A stretch of DNA of 27,943 nucleotides from a virus (taxonomy: Duplodnaviria > Caudoviricetes). The DNA is taken from the IMG/VR virus record IMGVR_UViG_3300033076_000094, positions 1-27,943 of that record; one strand, 5' to 3'. Shown in pieces: positions 8,462 to 16,427 of the stretch. How positions within the stretch are numbered: the stretch's first letter is position 1; each line of letters opens with the position of its first letter. Below the pieces are notes generated by a model. The model worked only from the letters and a program-made list of their open reading frames with translations, was not told where the DNA came from and did no database searches. A program made the translations under genes and the position numbers.

Positions 8462-8896
8462 TTACTCTCCCAAACTCAAAACGATACGGGTGCCACCATC
8501 TTCAGTTCGGTACTCCGTGAAGCCCATGTTGGGCAGCGGAGGGTTTTTGGCGATGATGTGAAACAGCTTGCTAATCGCTGGATCATTGAACTCGGTGACG
8601 GCAATCTTCAGCCCAAGGTCATTGCGTGCCCACACGCAGAACTCGCGGCTGTTTTCGATGAAGTTGACGGGCGTGTCAGCGTTGAATGCTTTGAAGAATG
8701 CCTCGTTGTTTTTGCCCATGAGGACTGAGAACAACGTGTTGCCAATCTTGCGCTGCTTTGCGTTTGGTTGACCGATCTCAGTCATGATGGCAGGAAGCGC
8801 CACCTCAAGCGGATAGTCGCTCGTGTTCTTGACTGCAATCGTCACGATTTCAAAGGGGTTCAAGTCCCGTTGGTGGCTGTCAACCAATCCGTCCAT
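8462..8896 (-). CDS. hypothetical protein, possibly a divergent GNAT-fold acyltransferase
   Basis: 144 aa, directly abutting the KS stop. Its size, alpha/beta pattern and position just before the ejection genes match where podoviruses often carry a GNAT-like gene. No clear acetyl-CoA-binding motif, so the fold is inference only. Confidence 0.45.
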   Translation of the reverse strand: MDGLVDSHQRDLNPFEIVTIAVKNTSDYPLEVALPAIMTEIGQPNAKQRKIGNTLFSVLMGKNNEAFFKAFNADTPVNFIENSREFCVWARNDLGLKIAVTEFNDPAISKLFHIIAKNPPLPNMGFTEYRTEDGGTRIVLSLGE

Positions 8897-10003
8897 TTAG
8901 ATCTCCAATGACAGCACCGCTGCCGAATAAATGTTGCCCATGCCTGCCGCCAAAGACAAGATGTCACCGACTGGCGCAATGATGTCGCCAGACAAATAAC
9001 GATCATCTTTTGCGGTGCGGTTTGCAATGCCTCGAACGACGCCGTGATAGTTGATGTCATCAATCATCATGAGTGTTTCAAGCAAGCCACTCGCGCCCAT
9101 GGTGTGCCCAATGTGCTGCTTGTAACTTGTGGCCACAAAGTCGCTCAACGTGGACTCCAGCGCAGCTTTTTCAGCCACGTTGTTGGACTTGGTGCCAGTG
9201 CCATGCGTTTTGACAATGCTGATGTTCTGTGGAATCAAGCAGGACGCCCACAAAGCGCCCTCAATTGCCTTGACAAAGCCTTCGCCACTCTCTGTTTGCC
9301 CAATTGCGTTTGGACAAGCCTCAGCGGCTGTGTACGCGCCCTTCAGCTCTGCAATCGGGCTGGTGGCCACACTTGCGCACTCAAACACCGCCAGCGCGGC
9401 ACCTTGACCAACGTAGAAGCCGTGGTTTTTGTCGTCGAATGCCGAGGGCTTGGTACCGTCCTCTTCGTCTTTTGCGGTCAACGAAGCACGCGCTTCGCCA
9501 AAGAACTCCAACACGGAGTTGCTGACAGCGTCTTCCACGGCCAACACCACCACGCGCTTGAAGCCGTAGTGGTTGATGAGCGTTTGCACGTCCATGAGCG
9601 CCTTCAGGCTTGATGCGCATGCCGAAGCGTCGGTCACGATGTGGTCCACGGCACCACAGGACTGTGCAATTCGCCCTGCGTACACCTGCGTCAGCGTGAA
9701 CGGCAAGAACTTGTACTCATAGCTCAGCTGTGTGGGGCCTTTGGAGCGCGGATTGAGGCCAGCGAAGTGGCCATTGCCACCAGCCAAGATGAATGCTGTC
9801 TTGCCCACGGGGTTCTCGCGCAACTTCTTGAGCAAGTTGGGGTCCAACACCTTGTCCGCAAGTTTGTGCGGAGGGTAGAACATACCCGTCTTGGCCTTGT
9901 TGTAGGTTTCGGGGAACCAATGCACGCGCTGTGGGTATGGAATGTCTTCCAGCAAGTCCACTTGCGTGGCGTGTGCTGTGCGGTAGGCGGTCAAGTAGAT
10001 CAT
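8897..10003 (-). CDS. fabF: beta-ketoacyl-ACP synthase (FabF/FabB family ketosynthase), divergent
   Basis: Catalytic Cys129 in DASACASS, His267 in VKTHGTGT, Lys295/His300 in SYKQHIGHTMGASG; SAFDDKNHGFYVGQGAA matches the family RPFD..RDGFV.GEGA motif. The symbol is family-level only. Confidence 0.92.
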   Translation of the reverse strand: MIYLTAYRTAHATQVDLLEDIPYPQRVHWFPETYNKAKTGMFYPPHKLADKVLDPNLLKKLRENPVGKTAFILAGGNGHFAGLNPRSKGPTQLSYEYKFLPFTLTQVYAGRIAQSCGAVDHIVTDASACASSLKALMDVQTLINHYGFKRVVVLAVEDAVSNSVLEFFGEARASLTAKDEEDGTKPSAFDDKNHGFYVGQGAALAVFECASVATSPIAELKGAYTAAEACPNAIGQTESGEGFVKAIEGALWASCLIPQNISIVKTHGTGTKSNNVAEKAALESTLSDFVATSYKQHIGHTMGASGLLETLMMIDDINYHGVVRGIANRTAKDDRYLSGDIIAPVGDILSLAAGMGNIYSAAVLSLEI

Positions 10004-10284
10004 TTGATCAGCTCCAATGCAGCGGCCACAGACTCAGGGTCTTGGCGCTTGTGTTGCTGGATCAGATCAAACATTTCTTGCACGGTTTCTGGCCGCATTT
10101 CCTTTGCAATCTCATCATCGATGTCGAAGATCATGGCCATGTACATGGCGATCATCAGCATGTCCATCGAATCAAAGCACGAATCCACAAATTTTTCGTC
10201 CATCGACTCGATGGGCACAAACTCGTGATGCGCAGGGCGTGCCACACGGGCGACGCCGTTCAACAATTCCAAAAAATCAATCAT
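10000..10284 (-). CDS. acyl carrier protein
   Basis: 94-aa acidic protein with GGAGA RBS and ATG at 10284. FDSMDML (Ser39) matches the DSL phosphopantetheinylation motif; the later IFDIDDE...ETVQEMFDLI matches ACP helices III/IV. Adjacent to the KS gene. Confidence 0.85.
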   Translation of the reverse strand: MIDFLELLNGVARVARPAHHEFVPIESMDEKFVDSCFDSMDMLMIAMYMAMIFDIDDEIAKEMRPETVQEMFDLIQQHKRQDPESVAAALELIK

Positions 10285-10523
10285 GTCGTCTCTCCAATGC
10301 TCATAATCCCGACCATTTGTTCTGCCCACTCCTGCCAAGTGCTGAAGTTTCGGTGGTCTGGTATGCCAGAGTTTACGAAATAACCGATCCCATTCAAAGC
10401 ATCAACCCAGTCGCGCCATTGAGTTTCTGGAACAGGCTTTGTCAACCCTGAAGCCGAGAAAAGCTCGGTCATCAGGGCGCAATACTGGTCCCAGTTCATG
10501 CCGCGAGGGTCGTAGCAAACCAT
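10281..10523 (-). CDS. Trp-rich hypothetical protein (80 aa)
   Basis: Contains WDQYC, WRDWV and WQEWA; overlaps both neighbours (TAATG at the 5' end, ATGA at the 3' end). Confidence 0.75.
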   Translation of the reverse strand: MVCYDPRGMNWDQYCALMTELFSASGLTKPVPETQWRDWVDALNGIGYFVNSGIPDHRNFSTWQEWAEQMVGIMSIGETT

Positions 10524-12541
10524 TATGGGTTGCCCGTGCTGCGTTCGTCGCCCATATCGACACTGAGGATCACCTTGCCCATGTAGTAATTGCCACGGAC
10601 GGTGTTTGATCCAAAACGCAAGCGCATCTCACGACGTTGCTCACGCATGTCAACCTTCAAAGTCGTTGGGCCAAAGGGGTAGGGGTCAGACACTTGATCG
10701 GTGTCGTCCGCATAGCCCTTGCCGTAGACCTGCACGTACATCGCCTCTTCCTGCACAAAGTCAGGTTCGACGCGCTCACAGCGGGTCCATTTGTTGTCGC
10801 CGGGTTGCGCGGTGGTGGCCACCAAGCCAACCGATTGGCCAATCGTGGGCGTTTCGAAATAGGAATCGATGGCGTTGACGTTGTTGGTGTAAATCTCATC
10901 GGTGCCCGACTCGTGCTGCCACATGGTGTAGCCGCCAGCTGAGTTGGAAACGTTTCCACCCCAAATTGGCTTGCGGAACACTTCGGTGAACGTGCCAGCG
11001 GAGCGTTTGGCCCCAGGCGCGAAGCCTGCGTCGTACCAAACCTTTTCGCGGGTGTTGTAGATGATGGCGTTGTTGCACTCTTCGCTGTCGCCATGGGGGT
11101 AGAACCACCAGATTTCACCGAAGCGTGGCACCTTGGTCACCCACACCTTTTGGCGTTGGGCGTAGTTCATGTTGTCAAAGAAGAAGTTCTGGTTCTGGTT
11201 GTTCGGGATCTCTTGGACGGTGCCGTTGTACATCAAGAAGCGGTCGGTGCCGCACCAGTAGAAGATGCCGTCGTACTCGATCACGCACTGGCTGGACATG
11301 ATGGACGACTGCTGTGTGAGCAAGTCGTACTTCCAGTAGTAGTTGATGCCACCCACGGTGCTTGGTTGGTAGGTGACGCGCACCACCGAATCAAGCGTCC
11401 AGAACAGGCCAGCAGGCGACGTTGTGCCGCCGCGCAGGGGTAGCCCCTTGACTACCTTGCCAGAGGCCACATTCGTCTCGTTGGCGTCCGCAGAGGTCCA
11501 ATCGTTAAAGTTGCCAGCGGAGCAGTTCTTGATCAGGCCATTGTTGCCGTACACGAACAGGTAGGGGTACAGCATGACCACACCGCCCGACACCTGCACG
11601 TTGTTGTCGAAGGTCAACGTCACGGTGCCAGATGCGGTGGCATTCTGGTCGATCACCACGGTCCACACGCCACCCACTTCGGATGCGGAGACGATGGTCG
11701 AGCCTGTTGGGATGCCTGTGCCCGACACAAGCACGCCTGCACCCATGGCCACGTTGGTCGTGGTGAACGTGATGTTGGGGGAGCCAATCGTGGTGGTACC
11801 AGTCGCGGTGAACACGCCGATTGGGTTCAACGTTGTGTCGGTGAACTCAGCGATCAACGGGCGAGTGTTGCGCGTGTTGTCGATATGCTCCAAATTCAAA
11901 CCTGGGTGTGCAATCAGGTTGTTCGTCCTGCCACCAGTCGAGTCGTAACCAATGTCGAACTGCCACAAGTTTTTGTCGCTTGGAATCCAGTCCGACAATG
12001 CGATCACGGTGGCTTGGAAGCCAGAGCCAGTGCCACCCACAGACACGGGCAGCACGCTCAGAACGTCGCCAATCATGTAGCCTGTGCCAGCTGTTGTGAT
12101 TGTGACCGAAGTCACCACGTTGCCAGAGATCACGATGTCAGCACGAGCGCCGCTGCCGGAGCCGCCAGTCATGGCGACGCTGGTGTAGGTGCCGTCGGTG
12201 TACAGGGTGCCTGGGTCTGTGATCTCCACCGCAAACACGCCTTGCGCAATCGTGAACTGCGTTGGACCTGCGCCCACGCCGTCGTCGTCATCGGTGACCC
12301 ACTGCTCCACGCCATTGTTGTAGCCAGAGATCACGTAGTTGAGCCCGTCTTGAGCGCCCATGATCATCCCACGCGAGATGTTGGTCGCATTCAAGAAAAT
12401 GCCACGGTAGCCGCCAATCTTGCGCGGCAGTCCGTTTTGGAAGCGCACCCACTTGCCATCCACGTAGGAAGGCGCGGCAAGCTGCGTGCCGTCGCGCTGA
12501 ATGCCGGGCTTGACTTGGAGGACGGTTACCTTGGCTGTCAT
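10523..12541 (-). CDS. tail nozzle / packaged-DNA stabilization protein (tail tubular protein B-like beta-propeller)
   Basis: 672 aa, beta-rich, with YVDGKWVRF..GLPRKIGG, FYWCGTDRFLMYNGTVQEIP and FGEIWWFYP segments; lies immediately upstream of the ejection module. Confidence 0.7.
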   Translation of the reverse strand: MTAKVTVLQVKPGIQRDGTQLAAPSYVDGKWVRFQNGLPRKIGGYRGIFLNATNISRGMIMGAQDGLNYVISGYNNGVEQWVTDDDDGVGAGPTQFTIAQGVFAVEITDPGTLYTDGTYTSVAMTGGSGSGARADIVISGNVVTSVTITTAGTGYMIGDVLSVLPVSVGGTGSGFQATVIALSDWIPSDKNLWQFDIGYDSTGGRTNNLIAHPGLNLEHIDNTRNTRPLIAEFTDTTLNPIGVFTATGTTTIGSPNITFTTTNVAMGAGVLVSGTGIPTGSTIVSASEVGGVWTVVIDQNATASGTVTLTFDNNVQVSGGVVMLYPYLFVYGNNGLIKNCSAGNFNDWTSADANETNVASGKVVKGLPLRGGTTSPAGLFWTLDSVVRVTYQPSTVGGINYYWKYDLLTQQSSIMSSQCVIEYDGIFYWCGTDRFLMYNGTVQEIPNNQNQNFFFDNMNYAQRQKVWVTKVPRFGEIWWFYPHGDSEECNNAIIYNTREKVWYDAGFAPGAKRSAGTFTEVFRKPIWGGNVSNSAGGYTMWQHESGTDEIYTNNVNAIDSYFETPTIGQSVGLVATTAQPGDNKWTRCERVEPDFVQEEAMYVQVYGKGYADDTDQVSDPYPFGPTTLKVDMREQRREMRLRFGSNTVRGNYYMGKVILSVDMGDERSTGNP

Positions 12542-13758
12542 TAGAACGACCCGCTTGGAATGCTTGCTGGAACCAACAGGCCAGCCGCTGTCAATGTCAT
12601 GCCGTTCGCACCCGACACCGCGAATCCAAGCTGGCCAGAGCCAACAAGGTAGACGCCTGTGGAGGTGTCACCGACAAACGTCAGCGATGGGTTGGACGCT
12701 GTGCCGTTCTCCAACGTGATCGATGTGATGCCGCTGGCCGATGTTTGCGAGTTGTAGACGTTGGTGCCGTCACAGATCGCAATCACGGTTTGGTTGGGGT
12801 CCAACGTGATCGTGGATGCGCCCACCGCGCCCGTGGAGAACGTCAGGTTGTAAGAGCCTGTGGTCTTGTTCTGCAACGAGTACAGCTGCACCGTGGGGGG
12901 CAGGATCACCGTGCAGTTGGATGTCAACGTGCCCGTGTACTCTTGGATGATGTTGGCAGCTTCGGCGGCGGTCAGCGTCACCACGCCACCAGTGACCACT
13001 TTGGCCAACTGAGTGTAGAAGAACTGAGTGGAGCGGCCATAGCCAAAGGTGTTGTAGCCCGTGGTGCCATTGCTGCAAATGACGAACGATTCGCCAATTT
13101 GAAGTTGCACGCTTGCGTCACCGTTGATGGTGTTGGTGCCAGCAGCGTTCACAGTCAATGTGCCAGTGCCGCCGTTGCGGATCATGACGAACCAGCTGCC
13201 GCCCACATCAGCCGCAGTGGGCAATGTGAATGATCCTGCGCCGCCTTCCCAAATCAGGAACGATGCGCGGTCAGCGGGGAGCAGCGTGTAGTCCGAGAAG
13301 ATCAACACGGTGGTGTAGGCTTGGTTCAGCGTTGGGCCGATGGCCATCAAGCCGTAGCCAGCCAGTGTGGCCGCATTGGCAGACGATGTGCCTGCGCCAA
13401 ACGTCACCACGGTCCACACACCGTTCACGGTGGTGTTGCTGGTCAGGTAGATGTAGTCCGCGATGCCGGACGCAATCGATGCAATCGTGTTGCCGCTGTT
13501 GTCGGTCACCGTGAAGGTGTTGGAGCCGATGTTACGGATGATCGTCGCTTCACCAACTGACACCTCTTGCGCGGGTGGCATGATCAAGTTCAAGCCCGTG
13601 GTGGTGGCGGTCACCTCAATGATGTTGGCCACCACGTTGGAAGTGTTTCCATTGACTGGCCACTGCAAGGTGGTGTCGGTGCTGATCGTCAAAGACTCAT
13701 AGCCCACTTGCGATGGGCTGATCGTTTGTCCGGTGTATGGGTTGGTGTAGCTTGTCAT
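12541..13758 (-). CDS. tail structural protein / tail-fibre-like protein
   Basis: Thr/Gly-rich repeated beta modules (LTLP..A..G....IRNGGTGTLTV); GTASNPSLTFVGDTSTGVY segment typical of tail fibres. Confidence 0.65.
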   Translation of the reverse strand: MTSYTNPYTGQTISPSQVGYESLTISTDTTLQWPVNGNTSNVVANIIEVTATTTGLNLIMPPAQEVSVGEATIIRNIGSNTFTVTDNSGNTIASIASGIADYIYLTSNTTVNGVWTVVTFGAGTSSANAATLAGYGLMAIGPTLNQAYTTVLIFSDYTLLPADRASFLIWEGGAGSFTLPTAADVGGSWFVMIRNGGTGTLTVNAAGTNTINGDASVQLQIGESFVICSNGTTGYNTFGYGRSTQFFYTQLAKVVTGGVVTLTAAEAANIIQEYTGTLTSNCTVILPPTVQLYSLQNKTTGSYNLTFSTGAVGASTITLDPNQTVIAICDGTNVYNSQTSASGITSITLENGTASNPSLTFVGDTSTGVYLVGSGQLGFAVSGANGMTLTAAGLLVPASIPSGSF

Positions 13759-13760
13759 GA

Positions 13761-14402
13761 TTAGGAATCCATTGAGACGGCTTGACGGTCAGCAATGCGC
13801 AGAGAGTCTTCAGTCTTCAGTGCGTTGATTGCCTCGGTGTACTTTTGCTGGAAGATGGCGCGACTGTCATTCTTCAGGAATGGCATGGCCTGCAACAAGG
13901 TGCCATACAGCATGGCGTTGGGCGCGTTTTGCGTCAACCAGTTGGTTTGATTGGCTGATGACAGCGGGGAGATGCGCTCGTAATACAGCACCTGCACGTC
14001 AAATGCTTCGCTTGGTGTGGGCGCGAAGTACCAATGCTCGTAATCGGTGTCGGCGTAGTACTTGGGCACGTCGGTCTTCGTTTCGTCGGGCCAGTAGTTG
14101 CGCAAATACTCCAGCTTGCGCACATAGATTGGCTGCGCCACACCTGCCACGTTGGCAGTCATCGACACAGTCTTGCGCCAGCGTGCAGGCTTGGCCACGA
14201 TTGGGTTTTGTGGTGTCAACTGGAAGTCGGCCACGGTCAACTGGCCAAGGGTTTTGATCTCTTGGGCAATTTCAAATTCACACAGGGTGATAAAGGTTGG
14301 GATGGCTGCGACCACCGCTGGGTCAGATCGCTCCAAATACTGGAGGACCATGGTGGTCAGCGAGTCATAAGTCATCACCCAAGAAGGGATCGGTGTACTC
14401 AT
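13761..14402 (-). CDS. head-tail adaptor / tail tubular protein A-like
   Basis: 213 aa with YDSL...YLER...IPTFITLCE, PKYYA..YFAPTP..VLYY and TNWLTQNAPNAMLYGTL patterns typical of podovirus adaptors. Confidence 0.7.
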   Translation of the reverse strand: MSTPIPSWVMTYDSLTTMVLQYLERSDPAVVAAIPTFITLCEFEIAQEIKTLGQLTVADFQLTPQNPIVAKPARWRKTVSMTANVAGVAQPIYVRKLEYLRNYWPDETKTDVPKYYADTDYEHWYFAPTPSEAFDVQVLYYERISPLSSANQTNWLTQNAPNAMLYGTLLQAMPFLKNDSRAIFQQKYTEAINALKTEDSLRIADRQAVSMDS

Positions 14403-14437
14403 ATTTGTCCTTTATGACACATGGTCCAATTGTCGCA

Positions 14438-15049
14438 TTAAGCCGACAGCACGGCAAACACTTGATTGATGTGCTTGATGCGGTCATCCAGCCCCACGGT
14501 GCCGCCATTGATGATCTTGGTCAGCTTGACCCAGTCCCCATCTTCCGCAATCTCGTTGCACTTGTGCGTGGACCAGAACCAGCCAGCGGTCAGCATGGCG
14601 TACTTGGGCGTGGCCACAAGCTCAGGATGTGCCCACAGGTCAACACCCAAGGCTTTGCCAGCTTGGTAGTACGACGTCGCGCCCGTGAGCTGGATGCACC
14701 CACGACCACAGAAACGTCCACCGTCGCCCGATGCCTCATCGCGGTTGCCCATGCGGTTGGCGTAGACCTTGTTGGCCAAGGCTTTGCCGTTACGGGCATA
14801 GGGTTGGGCGCTCTCAAGCGTTGGGAAGCGTTTTGGCCAAACTTTCATCAGACGTTCAGCCGAATAGCTCAAGCCCTCGGTCAGCGACTTGAAGTGGTTC
14901 GACTCGTGCATGCACTGGCCCAAAAATGCTGCCTGCTGGCGAGTGGAAACAATTCCAAAGCGCGTGAAGGTTTCGTTGATCGGCTCCAGCCATTCAAGGC
15001 CAATGTGGAGCTTTTGCAGTTGCTCAGCGTTGACCATCAGAGATCCCAC
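14438..15049 (-). CDS. endolysin, glycoside hydrolase family 19
   Basis: AAFLGQCMHES, EGLSYSAERL, GDGGRFCGRGCIQLTG, AGWFW and TKIINGG are GH19 hallmarks. The start may instead be ATG at 15037. Confidence 0.92.
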   Translation of the reverse strand: MGSLMVNAEQLQKLHIGLEWLEPINETFTRFGIVSTRQQAAFLGQCMHESNHFKSLTEGLSYSAERLMKVWPKRFPTLESAQPYARNGKALANKVYANRMGNRDEASGDGGRFCGRGCIQLTGATSYYQAGKALGVDLWAHPELVATPKYAMLTAGWFWSTHKCNEIAEDGDWVKLTKIINGGTVGLDDRIKHINQVFAVLSA

Positions 15050-15097
15050 CCTTCTTGACGAATGCCATCACTGGTTGGAATTGCATATCCATCACCT

Positions 15098-15553
15098 TCA
15101 TTTTGATTGCGCATTTATGGACTCCCTCACTTGGTTGTAGGCGTCGATGCAGGCATTGAGCTGGTTGATGGCGCGATCCCCGTCGGCTGCGATTTGAGCA
15201 ATAAGTCGGAGAGTCTCTCGGTCAGATTCGGTTTGACCTTGATCCCCACTGACGGTGGCAGCGGGGGTACTTCCGCTGGCTTGTACGCAACTTGAGTTGA
15301 GCCGCACCCTGCCAGAAGCAATGGCGCGATCAAGAGCAGTTTGTTTGTCACTGATGACATTGTTGGCCTCCTGTAATGCCGTGGCGTTTTGATTCAGTTT
15401 TTCATTCAGCTCACGCTCGGTGGCGCGTGCCTCTTCGTTCTTTTTGGCGATCTCAGCCTGCATCTCGGCGTCGCGCTCAACCCGACCGTTGTGGTGGCCG
15501 TAGAAGTACAGCCCAAACAGGAATGCAATGATGATGGCGACGCGAGTGATCAT
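15098..15553 (-). CDS. Rz: Rz-like inner-membrane spanin (i-spanin)
   Basis: N-terminal TM helix, long coiled coil, C-terminal ADGDRAINQLNACIDAY; contains a nested lipoprotein ORF. Confidence 0.8.
   Translation of the reverse strand: MITRVAIIIAFLFGLYFYGHHNGRVERDAEMQAEIAKKNEEARATERELNEKLNQNATALQEANNVISDKQTALDRAIASGRVRLNSSCVQASGSTPAATVSGDQGQTESDRETLRLIAQIAADGDRAINQLNACIDAYNQVRESINAQSK
15127..15360 (-). CDS. Rz1: Rz1-like outer-membrane lipoprotein spanin embedded in Rz
   Basis: MSSVTNKLLLIAPLLLAG-C lipobox and Pro-rich mature part (PAEVPPLPP); lies fully within Rz in another frame. Confidence 0.8.
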   Translation of the reverse strand: MSSVTNKLLLIAPLLLAGCGSTQVAYKPAEVPPLPPSVGIKVKPNLTERLSDLLLKSQPTGIAPSTSSMPASTPTTK

Positions 15554-16047
15554 GATTCAGCCTTTGCTGCGGCACGCTCGTTGGCGATGTCTTCGCGGTG
15601 GGGGTCAAGGTAGTCGGGCGGGGTGGTGGGTGGAGGCCCAGGCCGCCACGTCTCATCCAACTCAGGATTCTTGAAGCCGTTGAAGTTGAAGTCGAACAAG
15701 CCCGATGAAGCCGTAGGCGCGGGGCTAGTACTAGGCGCTACGGCTTGGGGCTGTGGGGGCGCTGCCAGCTTCTCAGACAGGCTCTGGACGCCCTTTTTCG
15801 ACATCACCCCACCGATACCCCCAACGATCAGCAAAACGATGTCGTTGAGCATTTTGGCGAAGGCTTGATCCATGGGTGCCATGGTCTTGATGGGCTGGGT
15901 CACATAGGCCAAGCTGTACAGCATGAAGGCCACGATGCCAGCCAGCACCAAGGTGACGACCACAACCACGAAGCCCCAGATGCGGACTTCGAACTCTTCA
16001 GCGGTTAGCAGGCGCTGAGGCTGCTTCGGGTGCTTGTTGAACAGCAT
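15550..16047 (-). CDS. 2-TM membrane protein with Pro-rich tail, holin candidate
   Basis: GGAG RBS and ATG16047; hydrophobic segments IWGFVVVVVTLVLAGIVAFMLYSL and DIVLLIVGGIGGVM; directly upstream of the spanins. Confidence 0.6.
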   Translation of the reverse strand: MLFNKHPKQPQRLLTAEEFEVRIWGFVVVVVTLVLAGIVAFMLYSLAYVTQPIKTMAPMDQAFAKMLNDIVLLIVGGIGGVMSKKGVQSLSEKLAAPPQPQAVAPSTSPAPTASSGLFDFNFNGFKNPELDETWRPGPPPTTPPDYLDPHREDIANERAAAKAES

Positions 16048-16222
16048 TTGGTTTCTCCAGTACGGGGGCAACTAGGTAATCGGGGCAGTCCTGCGTGAAC
16101 AGGCAGTCAGGGCGTTGGCAGCGCTTTTGCTGCCAGTTCTTTGGATCTTGGCAGTGGTAGCGGTATCGCTCTTCACAGGCCGCCAGAATCAGCAGCAGGC
16201 TTAGCAGCAGTAGCTTTTTCAT
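15998..16222 (-). CDS. Cys-rich small lipoprotein
   Basis: MKKLLLLSLLLILAA-C lipobox, four additional Cys, GGAA RBS. Confidence 0.8.
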   Translation of the reverse strand: MKKLLLLSLLLILAACEERYRYHCQDPKNWQQKRCQRPDCLFTQDCPDYLVAPVLEKPNAVQQAPEAASAPANR

Positions 16223-16427
16223 TTGTTTCCTTCAGCTCTTGTTGAAGTTTTTTCATCTTCTTGACTTCGTACCGCACTTCGGCCTGCATCTTCGCGGTGT
16301 CCACATAGATCAACAACGACATGGGCAACGCAAAAAACAACACCACGCTCAAGACAACAACTGCGGCAATAAACCAACGCGCGTCTTCACGAGCCATCCG
16401 AGCGATAGCACTATGCCCCACATCCAT
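16173..16427 (-). CDS. single-TM membrane protein with short coiled coil
   Basis: WFIAAVVVLSVVLFFALPMSLLIYV then a K/E/Q coiled coil. The start is uncertain (16427, 16397 or GTG 16502). Confidence 0.55.
   Translation of the reverse strand: MDVGHSAIARMAREDARWFIAAVVVLSVVLFFALPMSLLIYVDTAKMQAEVRYEVKKMKKLQQELKETNEKATAAKPAADSGGL

Noticed and set aside
8897-10284. Interpretation as host chromosomal fab genes or an assembly chimera
   Set aside because: The genes overlap flanking phage genes on the same strand with no junction or intergenic space, no other fab genes are present, and both proteins diverge from housekeeping forms.
15024-15092. 22-codon mini-ORF (MDMQFQPVMAFVKKGGISDGQR) between Rz and the endolysin
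   Set aside because: Too short to support; may be chance, although it could couple translation of the endolysin.
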